From: Camelus ferus
Taxonomy: Eukaryota
NCBI RefSeq assembly: GCF_009834535.1
Contig: NC_045696.1
Span: 18,478,001-18,542,000 of the forward strand
Reading direction: 5' to 3'
DNA: 64,000 bases
Positions 1 through 13,712 of the stretch are shown in pieces; within the stretch, counting starts at the first letter, position 1, and every line of letters starts with the position of its first letter. The notes under the pieces were generated by a model. It did no database searches and was not told where the DNA came from. It worked only from the letters and a program-made list of their open reading frames with translations. Made by a program: the position numbers and the translations under genes.

Positions 1-495
1 AATAGAAAGTAGTTTGTAAATGGAATATGAAGACCTAATGGAGCCAATCACAAGCCTGAATCCTCAATTTCCATACTTAGCTCATTTCATAGATTAATTG
101 CCCATCAATGGAAGGGAATGCCATTCTTGAGAAAGTTCCCTGTGATACCAGTACAGATACTGGAAACTTCCTCCTAGGCTTTGCAAGATGTTACTAACAC
201 TACTTATCAAGTTTATTCTTAACTGAAGAAATGAGGGTTTCACATAATTTTGAAATGATTAGATCACGAATCTGAGATAATACTAGTCCTTGAGGACACA
301 GAAGAAAAATGTTGTCTACCAATTAGAGCAGAATCTTATGCATCATATGATAAATGGGGTTTAATTCTAAGTCTTTCACACAATAGATATAAAATAGAAA
401 ATCAACCTTATTTATTTACCCAGTTTCTTATGGTACAATTTAAATACAAATACTCAAAAACTAGCAGAATATCCACATTAGTGCCATAAAATGCA
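1..495 (+). mobile_element. ERVL internal fragment (gag end/protease), degenerate, copy 1
   Basis: Translates near 259-490 to LDHESEIILVLEDTEEKCCLPIR...INGVL...YPVSYGTI*IQILKN*QNIHISA, resembling the recalled ERVL protease LLDTGSELTLIPGDP...INGVLAQV...SPVPECIIGIDILSSWQNPHIGSL. Confidence 0.75.
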
Positions 496-499
496 ACTT

Positions 500-3360
500 C
501 TTAGGTTCTGCTTCAGTGAGAAATGCTGATTCTCTTAAATATCCATTCCCCTCTAATTCTCATTACTTCTAGAACTATAAACAGACTCAAACATTAGGAA
601 GTCCAAGAGACAGTTACCAAGTCTAACCTAGGATGAGTACCATACTCACCAAAAGGACTGTAAGTTTCCTCATTCTTTTACTTTCAGAAAATAAAGTAGT
701 ATATACTAGAATGTTAAAGTAGGGCAGAAAGACTATAATGGTGGACTACTTCAAATCTTTTATTTCCTTATCCTGACTACAATTCTGGACACATTGGTGG
801 CCTTCATTAAATGAAGGAGTAGAGCTAGAATTGCTCTGATATCTTGTAGAGAAAAGTAGCCAATTGGTGGAATGGACTTATTTGTATGGTTGGCTCAGCC
901 AGTGTTCCAGAAGACACCCCTTCATGGAGGTTTCTGGAAATACATTGTTGAAGAGAGCGCTGGAATCCTTAACTGTTCTGTGGTGGTTGTTCTCTGCAGC
1001 CCAGGGATGACCATGTGCGATGCTGCATCTATGTAGGTTTCTTGAAAGCTGTGGGAATGAGGGAATCTCAGAATACCATAGGGGAGTTAGTCATTAGGTG
1101 GGCATGATTATTATACTGCGGAGCGGTACCAAAGCACTGCTTAGAATAAATTTATGGAGAGAGATCTTTTGTGGTACCCCTAGGAACGAGATAGTTGTAT
1201 CGTCAATAAAATTGTACTTGACATGCGTAAGGGGGAAATAGCTAGACCTGGCAAATATAGTGGAACACAGGAGAGTCATGCCCCCCACCAAATCCTCAGA
1301 AATGAACAAAGCTGAGGTCAGAATCCCTTGAATGAATGGAGGAGCTGGAGCCCCTGAGAGACCTTGCTATACTTGTAAAATGTTCACAGTAAATATTCAC
1401 TTAGGAATTCACAAAAGGGACATGTGGCCATATACTAACTGAAAAAAGGAAAATACTATAAATTGCTGAGTTATTAGCTACTGGTTATGAATTGATGAAT
1501 TCTTGGTGTGGCAACCAGTCAATACAGGCAACATAAGGACTTATGGTGGTCAGATTATTAATGGAATTTCAGCTCAAGTCCATCTCACTGTAAATCCAGT
1601 GTAATCCTTAACATGCTCTCAATAGTTAATCCCCTTGTCCTAGAATGTATAATAAGAATAGATATACTCAGCCACTGAAAGAATTTATATTTTGTTTCCC
1701 TGAAGACCAACAAAGTAAAGAAAGTTCTGGGCCATTTTCTCAGCATTGCATTTCTTGCAAAATTTTAGAGATTAATGTCACCAAAAGACTTGAAGGGCAT
1801 AGGTGATTAGGACACATAATTTAAATCAAGCTACTTCTCTACAGAAGGTAGAAAGGACCTGGAGAATGGTAGTGGATTATCCTTCTTTTAATTTTACTTT
1901 CTGAAGCAAGTCGGTAGAGACCCCCATTAAACTGTTGATTTTTTTTTTTTTTTTTTTTTTTTTTTGTCTATTCCTGTGAATAAAGACTAACAGAAACCAA
2001 TAGCTTTCCCTTGAACAGGTCAGTTGTCAGTTCAGTCCCAGGATTATACAAATTCTCTAAACCTCTGCTATGACCCAGCTCACAGAGACCTTGCTCATTT
2101 TACCATTCTGGTCCACCGCATGGATGATATCATGCTGATATGATTTATAGAAAGCAAGTAGCAAATATCACAGACTTCCTTTTGCAAGTTGTTGTATCTG
2201 CCCGCCGCTAGCACTGGGAAAGAAATACCTAGTAAACATCTTTTAAGTTTGGACGCAATATATATCAACCCATGTACTGAGCAAACTGAAAGGTTTCCAA
2301 TTTTTCTTAGGGTCCGAATCAGAAGAAAGCTCTCCAACACATCCAGATTTCTCTGCTACCTATTACCCAGTAGATTCAGTGGCTGTTAGCATCTGTGACA
2401 GCTCAGCATGCTCGTGGAGACTCTAACAAGCTCCTGTATGTGAATTACAGTGAAGAATTACAGAATTTTGAAACAAATTTACATCATCATCTGAAGAAAA
2501 CTCTTTTCCTTTCAAGAAAAGCATCTGACTTTCTAGGAGGCCTAGAAGAGACGAACTGCTTGAACATGTGCCACCAAATTAACATATCATCTGAGCTCCC
2601 CACCATGAATTTCGCATTAGTAAGACTTCCCACGTGAAGTAGTAGTAATCTATCATTAGGCTTGATTAGGTCTTACGTATGTTTGACAGTATGTGGTTTT
2701 GCCTCCTATGGCTTAAATTCTTACTGAATATATACCTTTTCTCGGGCCCATGTCCATAGCCTCAAGGGGGTTTCTCCATTGCCAGTTAATTTAGCAAGAA
2801 AAATTTAAGCCAGATATTCTGGGATGTTTTGTACAATATTCTGACCAACTTGAAAGTGAGTTGCTGCTTCTTCATAACCCCACTCAACAGTATCCCTGAA
2901 ATACAGCAGTAAGAGAAAAAAACTAGAGAAAGAAACTTAAGCAGTACATCTGGTTGTTTATCTTACCTAGAACAAGAGAAGGTAAAGATTATAATCTATA
3001 TTGATTTGTAAGTAGCAGCTAATAGTTTGGCTAGAGGGTCAAAGACATGGAAGAAACACACCTGGATGATAAAAGCGACCTCTCAAAAGATGCACAGAGT
3101 TGAGGATATTTCTACTTCAGTTAAATCTGCTGACCAGATGTAACCACTTTAGAAAAACTCTTAATTTTCAGCTGGACAAATGATTCATTTTAAAGGTGTC
3201 TGGCAAATCCTTTTCCATATCTGTCTCCTTGCCTAACAGGCATATTGGGCAAATTGGCCATAGGAATATGAACAAATATTACTCATGAATTTAGCAACTG
3301 AAATTTCCACTTATTAAGCTGATGTGGCTCTAGCCAGTCCTGAATTGCCATCCTTGGTCA
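500..3360 (+). mobile_element. ERVL internal region (gag-pro-pol), heavily decayed, copy 2
   Basis: gag-like 500-1300; protease motifs LLATGYEL (~1470), RTYGGQIINGISAQVHLTV (~1537) and VLECIIRIDILSH (~1636); RT 'ggagaatggtagtggattat' (1861) and LVHRMDDIMLI (~2108-2140, YIDD-type motif); many stops and frameshifts. Confidence 0.85.
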
Positions 3361-3384
3361 GAGGTGACCAAGCCTTCTTCTGCA

Positions 3385-4245
3385 GTTTTCCTCATCTCCA
3401 TTAAAGGAATATTCATTCTTTTAATTATTCAGGCCAAAATCCTTGGCAACTTTATTAAATCTCTCATTCTCATATCCAACAATAGGCTTGTTTGAAAAGT
3501 CTATCAAATTGGCTTTTAGATGTTATCTAGATTTGGGTACTTCTCCTTGGTCCCACCTCACTCCTTAGCCCCACAATTGTGGTTCATTTCAATGTCTTCC
3601 GTGTTATTATGTAATAACATCTAGACTGGTCCCTCAGAGTCTTTCCTTGCATCCTTCAGCCTGTTCTCTGCAGAGCAGTCGGCATGATCATTGCATAAAC
3701 ATATATCCGAGTATGATGCATGTCTCCTAAAAACCTCTAATGTCCTCCCATCTCACTTTGAAAACAGTAGGGTTCTTGTCCCTTTAACATTATGTACTGA
3801 TCTCCTTCTCATGAAGGACCATTTCAGATACATTGGCCTTATCACTGTTGTTTGAGCAGAAAGAATGCTGCCTCAGGGCATTTGCACTTGCTCTTCCTCT
3901 AACAATCTGCAGGGCCAGGACTGTCATTACCTTTAGGTTGTTACTGAAAATTCACCTTTTAAGTTGATGCCCCATAGTGCCATGTAAAAATTTAATATTC
4001 ACATGGCAAAAATCCCATATAAAAACCCACACTTTATACATATATTACCATCTAGCATATATACTTATGCATTAATTGTATTTATTTTCTGACTCTTCCA
4101 CTAAAATGTAAGCCTCCAAAGGTGGGAATTTTGGCCATTTTTTTTTTTTTTACTGACAATTTCCAGCACCTAGAACAAGACCACATATATGGTAATCATT
4201 CACTGTATTAATAACGGTGCATATTTAAATACATAATAAATTGAA
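3385..4245 (+). mobile_element. LINE-2 (L2a-like) 3' fragment
   Basis: L2-type text 'caggccaaaatccttgg' and a 3' end 'ccactaaaatgtaagcctcc...ccagcacctagaacaagacc'. Confidence 0.8.
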
Positions 4246-4984
4246 TGATACTATTGTTTAAGAAATAAATACATAATAATATCTAAATTAGGTAACCTAT
4301 TCATGAAGAAAAAGAATTTTAAATGTGCCTGAAACCAAAGAGAAACTTGAATAGTTCTATTGAATAAAATATGAATGAATGAGCAACTTAAAACCATAAA
4401 GACATCTTTCTTCAAATGTTTTATGTGAGTTTGACTTTTTAAAATATCTTTCTCCTTGCCATCGGCCTTCTATAAATATATATTTAACTTAACATAGGCC
4501 AAGTAGTTTTTAATAGTTCTTATTAAAAAGAAATAAGTAAGCCAGAGCAAGACTCTGCTCAAAATGAAATAAATCCTTTATCATAGTACTACATGACGTC
4601 TCTTAGAAAAGTAACTTAATGATAATTTGACCTTAAAAATAACTACAGTTACAGTGTTATAAAGAATGTCTTACAACGGCTGTGAGATTTACTCACATAA
4701 AGTGTTCTGAATAGATTTAACAAAATGTGGTACAAATTTATCATCTGCTATTTTTAGTTATCACATGTATTTGAAACTACTAATTTACATGTTGTCATTT
4801 TTAATACAATTAATGTCTGATTAAGATCATTTGTTTACGGTACTTCACAGCTCATTTACAGCCATTGTAGCTAACTAAATTTAGGTGTGATTTTTCTTTA
4901 ATATTTATTCTTTAAAATTTACAGAAATTGTGCCAAAAGGTTATAGATAGCAAATGACACTACATACATACTTAAATAACTAAA

Positions 4985-5694
4985 AAAAAAAAAAACAAGC
5001 AAACACTAATAATACCTACTATTGGTAGGGATGTGGAGAAACAAGAGCATTCACTGATTAAATGATAAGTGGTTTCCAGGGATTTGGAGAAAGGGGATGT
5101 TGAATAGGTCAACCCACAGGGTATTTTGTAAGGTGATGAGATTTTCTGCATGATACTGTAGTTGTGGATACATGATACTATGTATGCTTTAAAACTATAC
5201 AAATTTACAGTACTAAGAGTAAATTTTAATATATTAAATTTATATATTTATGTATGTATTTATTCATTTGAGGGGTCCTGGTAAGGAATGCAGACTCTGA
5301 CAAAATAATCTAACTATATTATTAATATATTAAAGAAACTGACTAAAGAGGGGTTAGTGAAAAAGTTACTGATCTAAATAGCTGGAAATCAGTTGAGTCT
5401 GGAAAGATCACTTCAAAAAGAGCTTTACATAGCACTGAATTCTAACTGATAAAATTCCTACGATGGTATAGGATAACAATTCCGATGACAGTATAGATGT
5501 ACTCTGGGATTAGAAATTAAGGAAATGGCAGGTTAAGGGAGGGATTCAGGATTCTCACTATTGAAGTTGAAAATTGCACATAATCAGAGAGGAAAACCTA
5601 GAATGAATAATGTGATAATGGAATAGATTTGGAGACATCAGTATGAACCCATTTTCAGCTTAATAAAGATGCAAACTGACATATATAATAAGAT

Positions 5695-5744
<50 letters not shown>

Positions 5745-6335
5745 GATGGATAGATACGGATAGGTAGATCTATATAGAGGTAGATAGACTGATAGGTGAT
5801 GGATAGATAGAGACACAAATCTATCAGTATCGCTTATATATCTAGATTTTTCAATACCTATACACATTCAGCTATCTATCTGTCTATATGTCTGTGTATC
5901 CAAAAGGAAACATGACAGTGACTTCCTACCAAATGATACAGTATTCAAAAGAGGGGAAAAGAGTAAATTTAAAGTGAGAAACCTGACAAACATCACCTTA
6001 CTGAGGTCATCAGGGTTAATATCAGTGATAAGTCATGCTGACAATGCAGAGCCTCATAATACGATGAAAATGATACTTTTCCTCTGTGATCCTCCTCCCC
6101 AAAACACGCAAATCAAGTCTAATTATGAAAAATCATCAATAAAAATCCCTTTGAGGGACATTTTATAAAATACATAATCAGTATGACTTAAAACCATCAA
6201 GGTCATCATAAGCAAAGAAAGTGTGTGAAACTGTCACAGCCAAATGAAGAAGGAGTCTAGGGGACATGAATACTAAATGCACTACAGCATTCTGGTTGGA
6301 ATCCTGGAATAAAAAAAATAGGTGAAAATTGAATA
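4985..6335 (+). mobile_element. Old L1 (L1MC/L1MD-type) 3' end
   Basis: 'ggtagggatgtggagaaac', 'gtggatacatgatactatgtatgc', 'gagaaacctgacaaacatcacctt...gagggacattttataaaatac' resemble L1MC3/L1MD 3'UTR blocks. Confidence 0.75.
5692..5812. repeat. (GATA)n microsatellite with degenerate flank
   Basis: Perfect gata units at about 5695-5737, then degenerate units. Confidence 0.95.
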
Positions 6336-7239
6336 CATGTATTAGTTTTTCTTAATACATATTTCAAAGTATATTGATAATAAATCAATAAATATAATCA
6401 ATTAACATTTTATAAATAACCAAGAATTTTAAAAAGTGAATGTAGTGGAGGTGTCAGCAAATGTGAAAAGAAAAAATATTTCCCAAGAAATGGCAGAAAA
6501 TGTAAAGCATTTATATCAGATAGTGTTTTAAATTTGTTATGGTCTGTAACTGATAACAGGTTTTTTATGCATTATTGATTAGAATGTAATTAAAGGAAAT
6601 TGCTGTGATAGAAGGAAAAGCACAACAATACCATGTCATAACTTCTGTTTTTCTATTTTTGAAAATTCATAAAATTCACTACCATAGCGTAAGTCAAAGT
6701 TAGAGCATAAATCCTGTTGACTTGGGTGACTACACTGAATCCCTGTATTGGAATACTGAGACAATTATGAGTCATCCTGTTTTGTAAATTTAATATTTTT
6801 TATCGTAAAACTGATTATAATATTTTAATGCATAAGAAAACAATTTAAAATCTTTCACATGACCATATGCAATTGCTTGTGGCGATTCATATATAAAATT
6901 TGAAGTTCTGCAGGTTTACTTAGAAAGTGAGATATTATATGTATCCAAAGAACTGCAAGTTACACATTTAATTCACTGCAGATCAATAAGGATTTATGAA
7001 ATAAAAATCAATACTATTCGCTATTTAAAGTTCTGTAGTATGTACGTATAAGACATGCCAGATTTTTCATGGAACTGTTGGAAAGTCTGGATCCACTTTT
7101 TTTTTTCCATATTATAAATACTTTTTAACCAGAGGTATAAGCCATGCAAAATAATGACAGAAATAAAATTAGGCACAGTAAATCAAGCACATGCACATTG
7201 TTATATACACATATGGTATAATGGAATCATGCAATATAT

Positions 7240-8300
7240 ATAAATCGCGATTAGTGACATAATTACATAATGGCGATTTTAATAAGTTAAGACAATTCCG
7301 AGATCCTGATTGCAATGTCAGAAACTAGTCCATTTTTAAACAAGTATGAGAATTAATTTGAGTTGTAATTATGCCTGACAGATCATAATTTCATTTGAGA
7401 AAATCATGTTGCAATAGAAATAAATTGAGAATAAAATATCTAAAATATTATTAGTTGCCTTTCTCACCTTTGATTTTTCCTGTGTTTTAAGGTGTGCTTA
7501 AATGGCGACAGCGTCAACTAATACTACTTAGAGTGGCTGAAGATGTTGTCTGAGGCTCTTTCATGTGAAAGGCTCAAAACTACCTCTTATTTATTAGGCC
7601 TTTTACTTTGCAGCAATTTTAAAATCAACTTTAAATTTCTCATCTAGATAACAGCATTATTACAGCACTAAATTTCCCACTGACAAAGTTCAAAATACAT
7701 TTATTAGCAAAGGTCATCTTCCCCACTGAATGTATAACATCTCTTAGAGTTTGCACAATCTGCTATTAAAATACCTAAAATAATATAGAATTTTTAGATT
7801 CATTTTGCTCCAAAGGAGAAGTATTTTATACTTCCCTGACTGTTGCCATCTGTAGTTATGTGCTGAGTTAAGGATTTTTCCGTTTACATGAACCGAGCCG
7901 TGAATACCATCAGGGATGTGGAGAGTCCAATCTCAGAATTAGTGAGGATTCATAGAGGGGCTTTGCGCAGATCTGTGTTATTCATTTAATAATTATCGAA
8001 GAAAATGAATATGGTAAATTGGCTTTTCAATTTAATTAATTTCTCTGCAGGTAATCGTAGATAACAGAAGAGGAAAGTCTCGAAAATGCGAGGGCTACCT
8101 CAAAACATATCTGGCAAATCACTTTCTGACAAAAAACATTTTCAATTTCTTCATTACATTATTTTCAGGTTGCCTAGTAATTAATTTGGTTATTATACAA
8201 TCCCATTCTGATTGGTTCTGCTTTAGCTCTGTTCTGCAAAAGCATGATTATCATTTTGTGTGCAGGAGAGGAGGCAAATGGTGTGTGCATAAAACACAAA
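7240..8300. promoter_or_regulatory. Candidate conserved non-coding element/enhancer
   Basis: No recognisable TE; about 14 CpGs between 7247 and 8090 in AT-rich DNA; TAATTA at 7260, 7366, 7990, 8033 and 8178; CTGATTGG at ~8208. Function is inferred only. Confidence 0.4.
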
Positions 8301-10036
8301 TGTACACTTTATGTAGTCGTTATAAAGCAAACATGTAACGGTCATGTAACTAAGGCAATGAAGTATTGCCAGAATTCTGGAAGGCTGCGTCTTCCTAATC
8401 ACAGTTCCCTCCTCCCTAAAGTTAAATACTGCCCGAAGTTTTATGGTGAAGATCTCCTTGCTTCTGTGTTTTATGTTTGTGCCAGACTGTGCATCTTGTA
8501 AGATCAGAATTAACTATGTGACTTTGAAATAAGGACTTAAGTAGATGTAACTAAAATTAATACAATGAAAAGGAATATGCTGATGAAAACAACAAAGTTC
8601 TGCAACCCACTGCAGAAAGATTTAAAGTTCAGAGTTCTAATTGGAATTTGAAAGAACATTCCTCACCTGCAAGGTGAAAAACAAGCCAGATAGCACAGGT
8701 TTTATCTTGCCTGCTCTCTGTTGTTAGGGACTGAGTGGGAACATTTGTTTTGCTTGTTTCCTGGATTTTGAATGCTAACTTTATACTAAGTTTTAAAGTG
8801 CTAAGAGTAGTTAGTCTAATATTTTAGATATATTCGATTCAAAGTGACTGAAATATTCATGAGTCTAGAGATGGGAATGGACAGTTATCTGAGAAAATCA
8901 GATAAAAGGAGAATAGAACTAAAAGCTTACATTTTACACATATTCAAATATTATTTACATTAAACTTGTAGTGGTAAAAGTATGCTTTCTCTTTCACATC
9001 TTTATCTATGGACTGTGACCTCTATGTCAGATTATGGAATCCAGTGGATTTCAGCGTGTGGTCAAGTAGCCTGGTTAGTAAGTGCTCACCTTTGATGTGA
9101 CCACTCAAGTTGGAGAATGTTTAGCCAGATTCCATCTCTTCTTCCCACACTACTGAATAGATTCACAGGTTGAAAATTTGCTCTTTGAAATCTCTACTTG
9201 GACTCTGACATGTTTAACTTTCCCATTTCTTGTCCTCATATTGAAAGAGGAGTTCTTGCTCTCTTGTTTAATTCCAAGATGGTGTGATAAACTCAGATTT
9301 ATGACTTTAATCTGCTTGCACAGAAATTGTGAGATCACACTTCAACCATATTGAAAAATTGAATTAATAAAGTATTTGTTTGTATAGCCCTTTGACCTCA
9401 TGATTTGATAGACTTTTAAAAGTGTTACTTGAAGAAGTGTGTGAGCTTTAGATAATCTTGCCAGAAAGAATTATACAATGATTAAAATTCAGCAATATAT
9501 GCTTGCAACGCTGCTGGTTCTCTTCCTTCTCCTCTTTGAAGGGCACAAAGAAAGCTGTGGAGTCAAACAAAAGGAAATGAACACCATAGAAGACAATGTT
9601 TTCTAGTACTTTTTAAAAACTTTGGTCCAGCAAATAGAAATGCCAATTCCTCTTTAAAACTTATAATATAGCGTTGTTGAACTGCTCCCCATTTCAACCT
9701 GACTCTCAGGGATCTTTATATTAATATCATATCTTTTTAGACTGATCTGGCGATTACACTTCGACTATGTACTTTACATTTATCCATCTAAATTAAGCAT
9801 TCTTTCCACCCAAAAGAAAATGACTTTTCTCACCACTTCAGAATTAGATATCCTTCCTTATTCAGTACTTGCAAGAGTTCAGTTGGGGTTTAGAGATTAA
9901 TATGGGACAAGATTTCATATGTGTGCTTGAACAGCCAGCTTGCAAGTCCAAACCTATCTGTGCCCTTTATAAATAATAATCTCTTAGCCTTTTCCCAAGC
10001 CTTGCACATTAATGGTATATTTGTTCTTAGGAAAAT

Positions 10037-10837
10037 TGTCACAAGTAGAGAATTATACATGTCCTGCATGGGGCCTCTGGTCTGATGGACAAAAAGTTCT
10101 GGAAGCATGCGTACCCAGAGAATGGTTTGGAGGGAGAGATCCTGGCAAGCCACGTTTCATTGGGTCCACAGGCTCCTAGCCATGGGGGTAGGTTACTGCC
10201 AGAGGAGGGCCAGAGTGAGTAGGCTCAAGTCTGTCTTGCCTAGGTCTAAAAGTTATCCAAAAGTGAAACGGAAAAACAAAAACAAAACCAAAAACAAAAA
10301 ACTTGATTCTTGGCGTTACCTGAAAGGTAAGATTTATAGATGGGAGATGGAAAGCGTTTTGTATCAGAAAGATTATAATATATTTAATTAGGAAAAGAAG
10401 AGGATGCCTCCAAGAGTGGGAGGAAGGCTGATCCAAGGGGGAATCACAGTGGTCTTTGTCTCCCCCTTCTCTTATACCCTTCCTTAGAGGTGGTCTTTTG
10501 ATTGATTGACAGATTCTTGTCCCTGGATTGCTTACTCATGTTTAATCCCTTTGCGCATGTCCTCACCTGTGGTGTACAGAGAAAAACCCAAAGAGGGAGC
10601 TTAAATCGCAATGTTAATTATAATACCATGAACATTGGATCATGTCTAGTTAAGTCCTTTCTGCTACCATGCAGTCATGGCTGTTGAGTCTTAACCTTTT
10701 TTTGTTTTTTGTTTTTTTTTTTTTTCGGAGAAGCAAAATCCTTTTATGCTGGAGGTGGGCACGCCACCATCTTCCGGACCATCCTCCCTCTTCTCCACTT
10801 ATCTGCCTGGTGCCCCCACTTATCTAACTACCTAACA
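10037..10837 (-). mobile_element. ERV1-type solo LTR (family uncertain)
   Basis: GC-richer block ending 'cttatctaactacctaaca' (TGTTAGGTAG on minus, a typical LTR start). Left boundary approximate; no TSD found. Confidence 0.65.
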
Positions 10838-10859
10838 TGAAGACAGTACAACATCCCAT

Positions 10860-10960
10860 TTTCTCTCTGAAGGTGGAGGCTGTGACTTATACATCTTTCT
10901 ATTCCCAGGGTTGTTTGGTACTCAACACATTTGTTTTGTTTTAGTTATTGTTGAATGAGG
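10860..10960 (+). mobile_element. L2 3' terminal fragment
   Basis: 'gaaggtggaggctgtgacttatacatctttctattcccaggg...tactcaacacatttg...ttgttgaatga'. Confidence 0.55.
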
Positions 10961-10961
10961 C

Positions 10962-11080
10962 AGTTAAAACACAGAGACATAATGTAATTGTGACTAAGGC
11001 CATATAGCTAGTAAATGTTAAAAACAAAACTCAGATTCAGGCATCAAAATTAGAGTCTTCCGCTTCCAAAGTCCTTAGTT
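10962..11080 (-). mobile_element. MIR SINE fragment
   Basis: 'ctaaggccatatagctagtaaatg...cagattcaggc' resembles the MIR core on the minus strand. Confidence 0.55.
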
Positions 11081-13541
11081 ATTGTTTCATACCAATTCCT
11101 TTATAGTAAAGTATATAAAAGGAGAAGCTTAAGAAGTGTTAAGTCACTGGAGGCCTGGTCGTTATGGGATCCCACCTGAAGGAAAGGATAAAGTAGCCCG
11201 TGATAATGTGAAAATGAGGTATAATTGTATGGAGAAAGTATGATTAGGACAGAATCTTTCAAGTCAGAACATGATTTATTTAGTTAAGAATGTAGAAAGA
11301 ATTCTAAAAAGCAAAGGAACAACCAGCTCTTTATCGTGTTGACCTCATTCATCTGTAAAAAGAGAAAAAAAAAAGATATATTAAAAGTAAAATTCAGCTC
11401 AAAAGAAAAAGAGTCAACATTTACCTGTGATAATAAAAATGTCATGGAGTTTTGCATAATTAAATTGTATCTCCACGACTTTCTCAACAACAGGAATATA
11501 GGAAGATTGAAATGTTTACAAATCATTTTAAAGACAATGTCTCAGGTGAACTTGTTCAAACCAATAAATTTAAAATACATGTCTCTCCCCCAAATTAAGA
11601 TTCAATCTAGCAAAATAAATCTTTGTACATTTCATCCTCATGTTAGGGAAAATATTCACAATATATATGCATTGGGGTTAAAAATGTTTCTCTTTCTCTC
11701 ATTTAGTTGGATAAAGGCCACAAGCAAATTACAGTGCCAATCACAGAAGAAAGTTTTTGAAATCATTGTGAAAAAAATATCATTTCTGTTGAGACAAGGG
11801 GTCTTCTGAAGTGTTTAAGAGTAATATTTGATGAGACAAAGGATGATTCTTCTCTCCTGTGATAACAAGTTCTATTTGTCCTAATTTATGGCAGCAGGGG
11901 AGGGAAAGATGTCCCTAATATGCAAATAAACTATCCAGGTGCAGAGTGTGTGTGCAAAAAGATAAGCTGAGTACTGGCTGAGTAATTACAGTAATTCAGG
12001 ACATGTAAATATATCCTGTGGACCAAAGAAGCATAAATAGGTGTAATAGAAATGGTACAATTAAGAAAATATGCCTTGAGGTTAAATAGCAGCGTACATT
12101 CCAAAGGACTTACTTGATCACAGGACAACATCACGGATAATGTGCTCATTGGAATAATAACTTTTTAACCATATTTCAAAGTCAAGTGTAAACTAAAGCC
12201 AAGTTAGGTGCAGCTGATTATCTAAGGTGGAAAAATTCTATCATGCTCCATTCCAAGGATGCTTTTTTTTAATGAACAAATAACAACAGATGCAATTGTT
12301 GCATAAATCTTTTAATTTCTTTGAGAGATAGTAATGAACTCCTCAAGCATACTTGATGAGAATAAATTTCAGTAACAATGGAGTAAAGTGGAAGAGTGTC
12401 TCATTTTCTGGAGTATCACACTGTACTGTCTGGCAATTCGTAAGCTACTTCTGCAAAGTCAATGTTAAGGTGGCAGGCTAAGGGGACAATTAAACCTCTT
12501 GATTTTCCAACTATCTTTAGTTCTATGCTAATTCTGAAAGTTATGGTCAATTATTAGTTTATATTTAATTAAAAAATTGCAATTTAAACTAAGTTCATGT
12601 TCTAATATGGATTCCGAACAAATAATTCTATTTTGTGTTTTAATAAAATTTTATGAGCTTAATTTTTTTTTCAAATTGGAGCCTTGAGATAGCCTCCATT
12701 CCCATTTCTCCCATATACAAAGTGATGGATGGTACTCCTCAAAGAGCACGCTGATATGGGGGCTTGCAAATTCCCAAACAACGCATAGACCAAGCCTTCT
12801 GCTGCAGCATGCATAGGGGAAACTCATTTAGGAAGAAATGCCAGCACGTGTTCAGGATCTCTATTGCTCCATGACACTGGGGGACTGTATACAGTGATAC
12901 GGCAAGGCAGGACCTGAGAATCAGGGAGAAAGATTATGACCATAAGTCTGTGAGACATTAAAGGTCAATTATTAACAAAGCTGTGCTCTCTCTCCTGCTG
13001 TAATTAGTATCTAGGTTATAACATCAGGACGATGTGGTAAGAACTACACCATAGCCTTCTTTTTCTAGTTCAATATATGTGGTTGGGAAAGTATCAACTC
13101 GTCTCCTGGAATAATCAGTATATTGATGACTAGCTCTGGTTGTAAACTGGAATTGATTGTTGTGATCAATTTCTATAGAGCTTTGCAGGGCAACTCGTTT
13201 GATGGGGTTTCAGACTGTAGATTACCCTTACCCTTATATGGTCATCAACACCAACAGCATTTGTGTTGTTGACAACTCTCTGAACGTCTAGTAATGATAC
13301 TGGAAAAGTGCAAAAAGTGTCCATCATATAGTTGTTTCCTTCACTGAACACCTAGTATTGTGTAAAAAAAATAAGTACATAGGAAACAGCTTAGTACTGA
13401 CAAAGAGAAAATTGGGGGAGTCATGAGCAACAGAAAAAGCAAATGTGAACATTTCTAAAGTTATGTAGAGTGGCTAGAGGAATCTGCAGATTAATTAATA
13501 TTAATTAATGTCATGTCTTTTCTCTATAGGAAGAGCATAAG

Positions 13542-13712
13542 CAGTGTTGTGCTGGAGTCAGCCCAGGCTGGCTCAAGGGACTGACTGTTAAATTTTCAAG
13601 TAGCTTATAATCAACTTTAATGGGAGTATTTACATCATGGGAATCAACAGAGCCTAACGCCAAGGTTTCCCCCTCATCTCTCAGAGGGCTAATTATTAAA
13701 CATATTCCTGAG
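13542..13712. mobile_element. MER63-like hAT-Blackjack MITE
   Basis: Begins 'cagtgttgtgctggagtcagc...tgttaaattttcaag', has internal 'gggagtatttacatcatgggaatc', ends 'ttattaaacatattcctg'. Confidence 0.75.

Noticed and set aside
11336..11809. 157-aa ORF in unique DNA
   Set aside because: TTG start, K/I/F/N-rich composition typical of AT-rich non-coding DNA, no recognisable domain or splice context.
13166..13351. 61-aa minus-strand ORF with protein-like composition
   Set aside because: No family recognised, GTG start, no splice signals.
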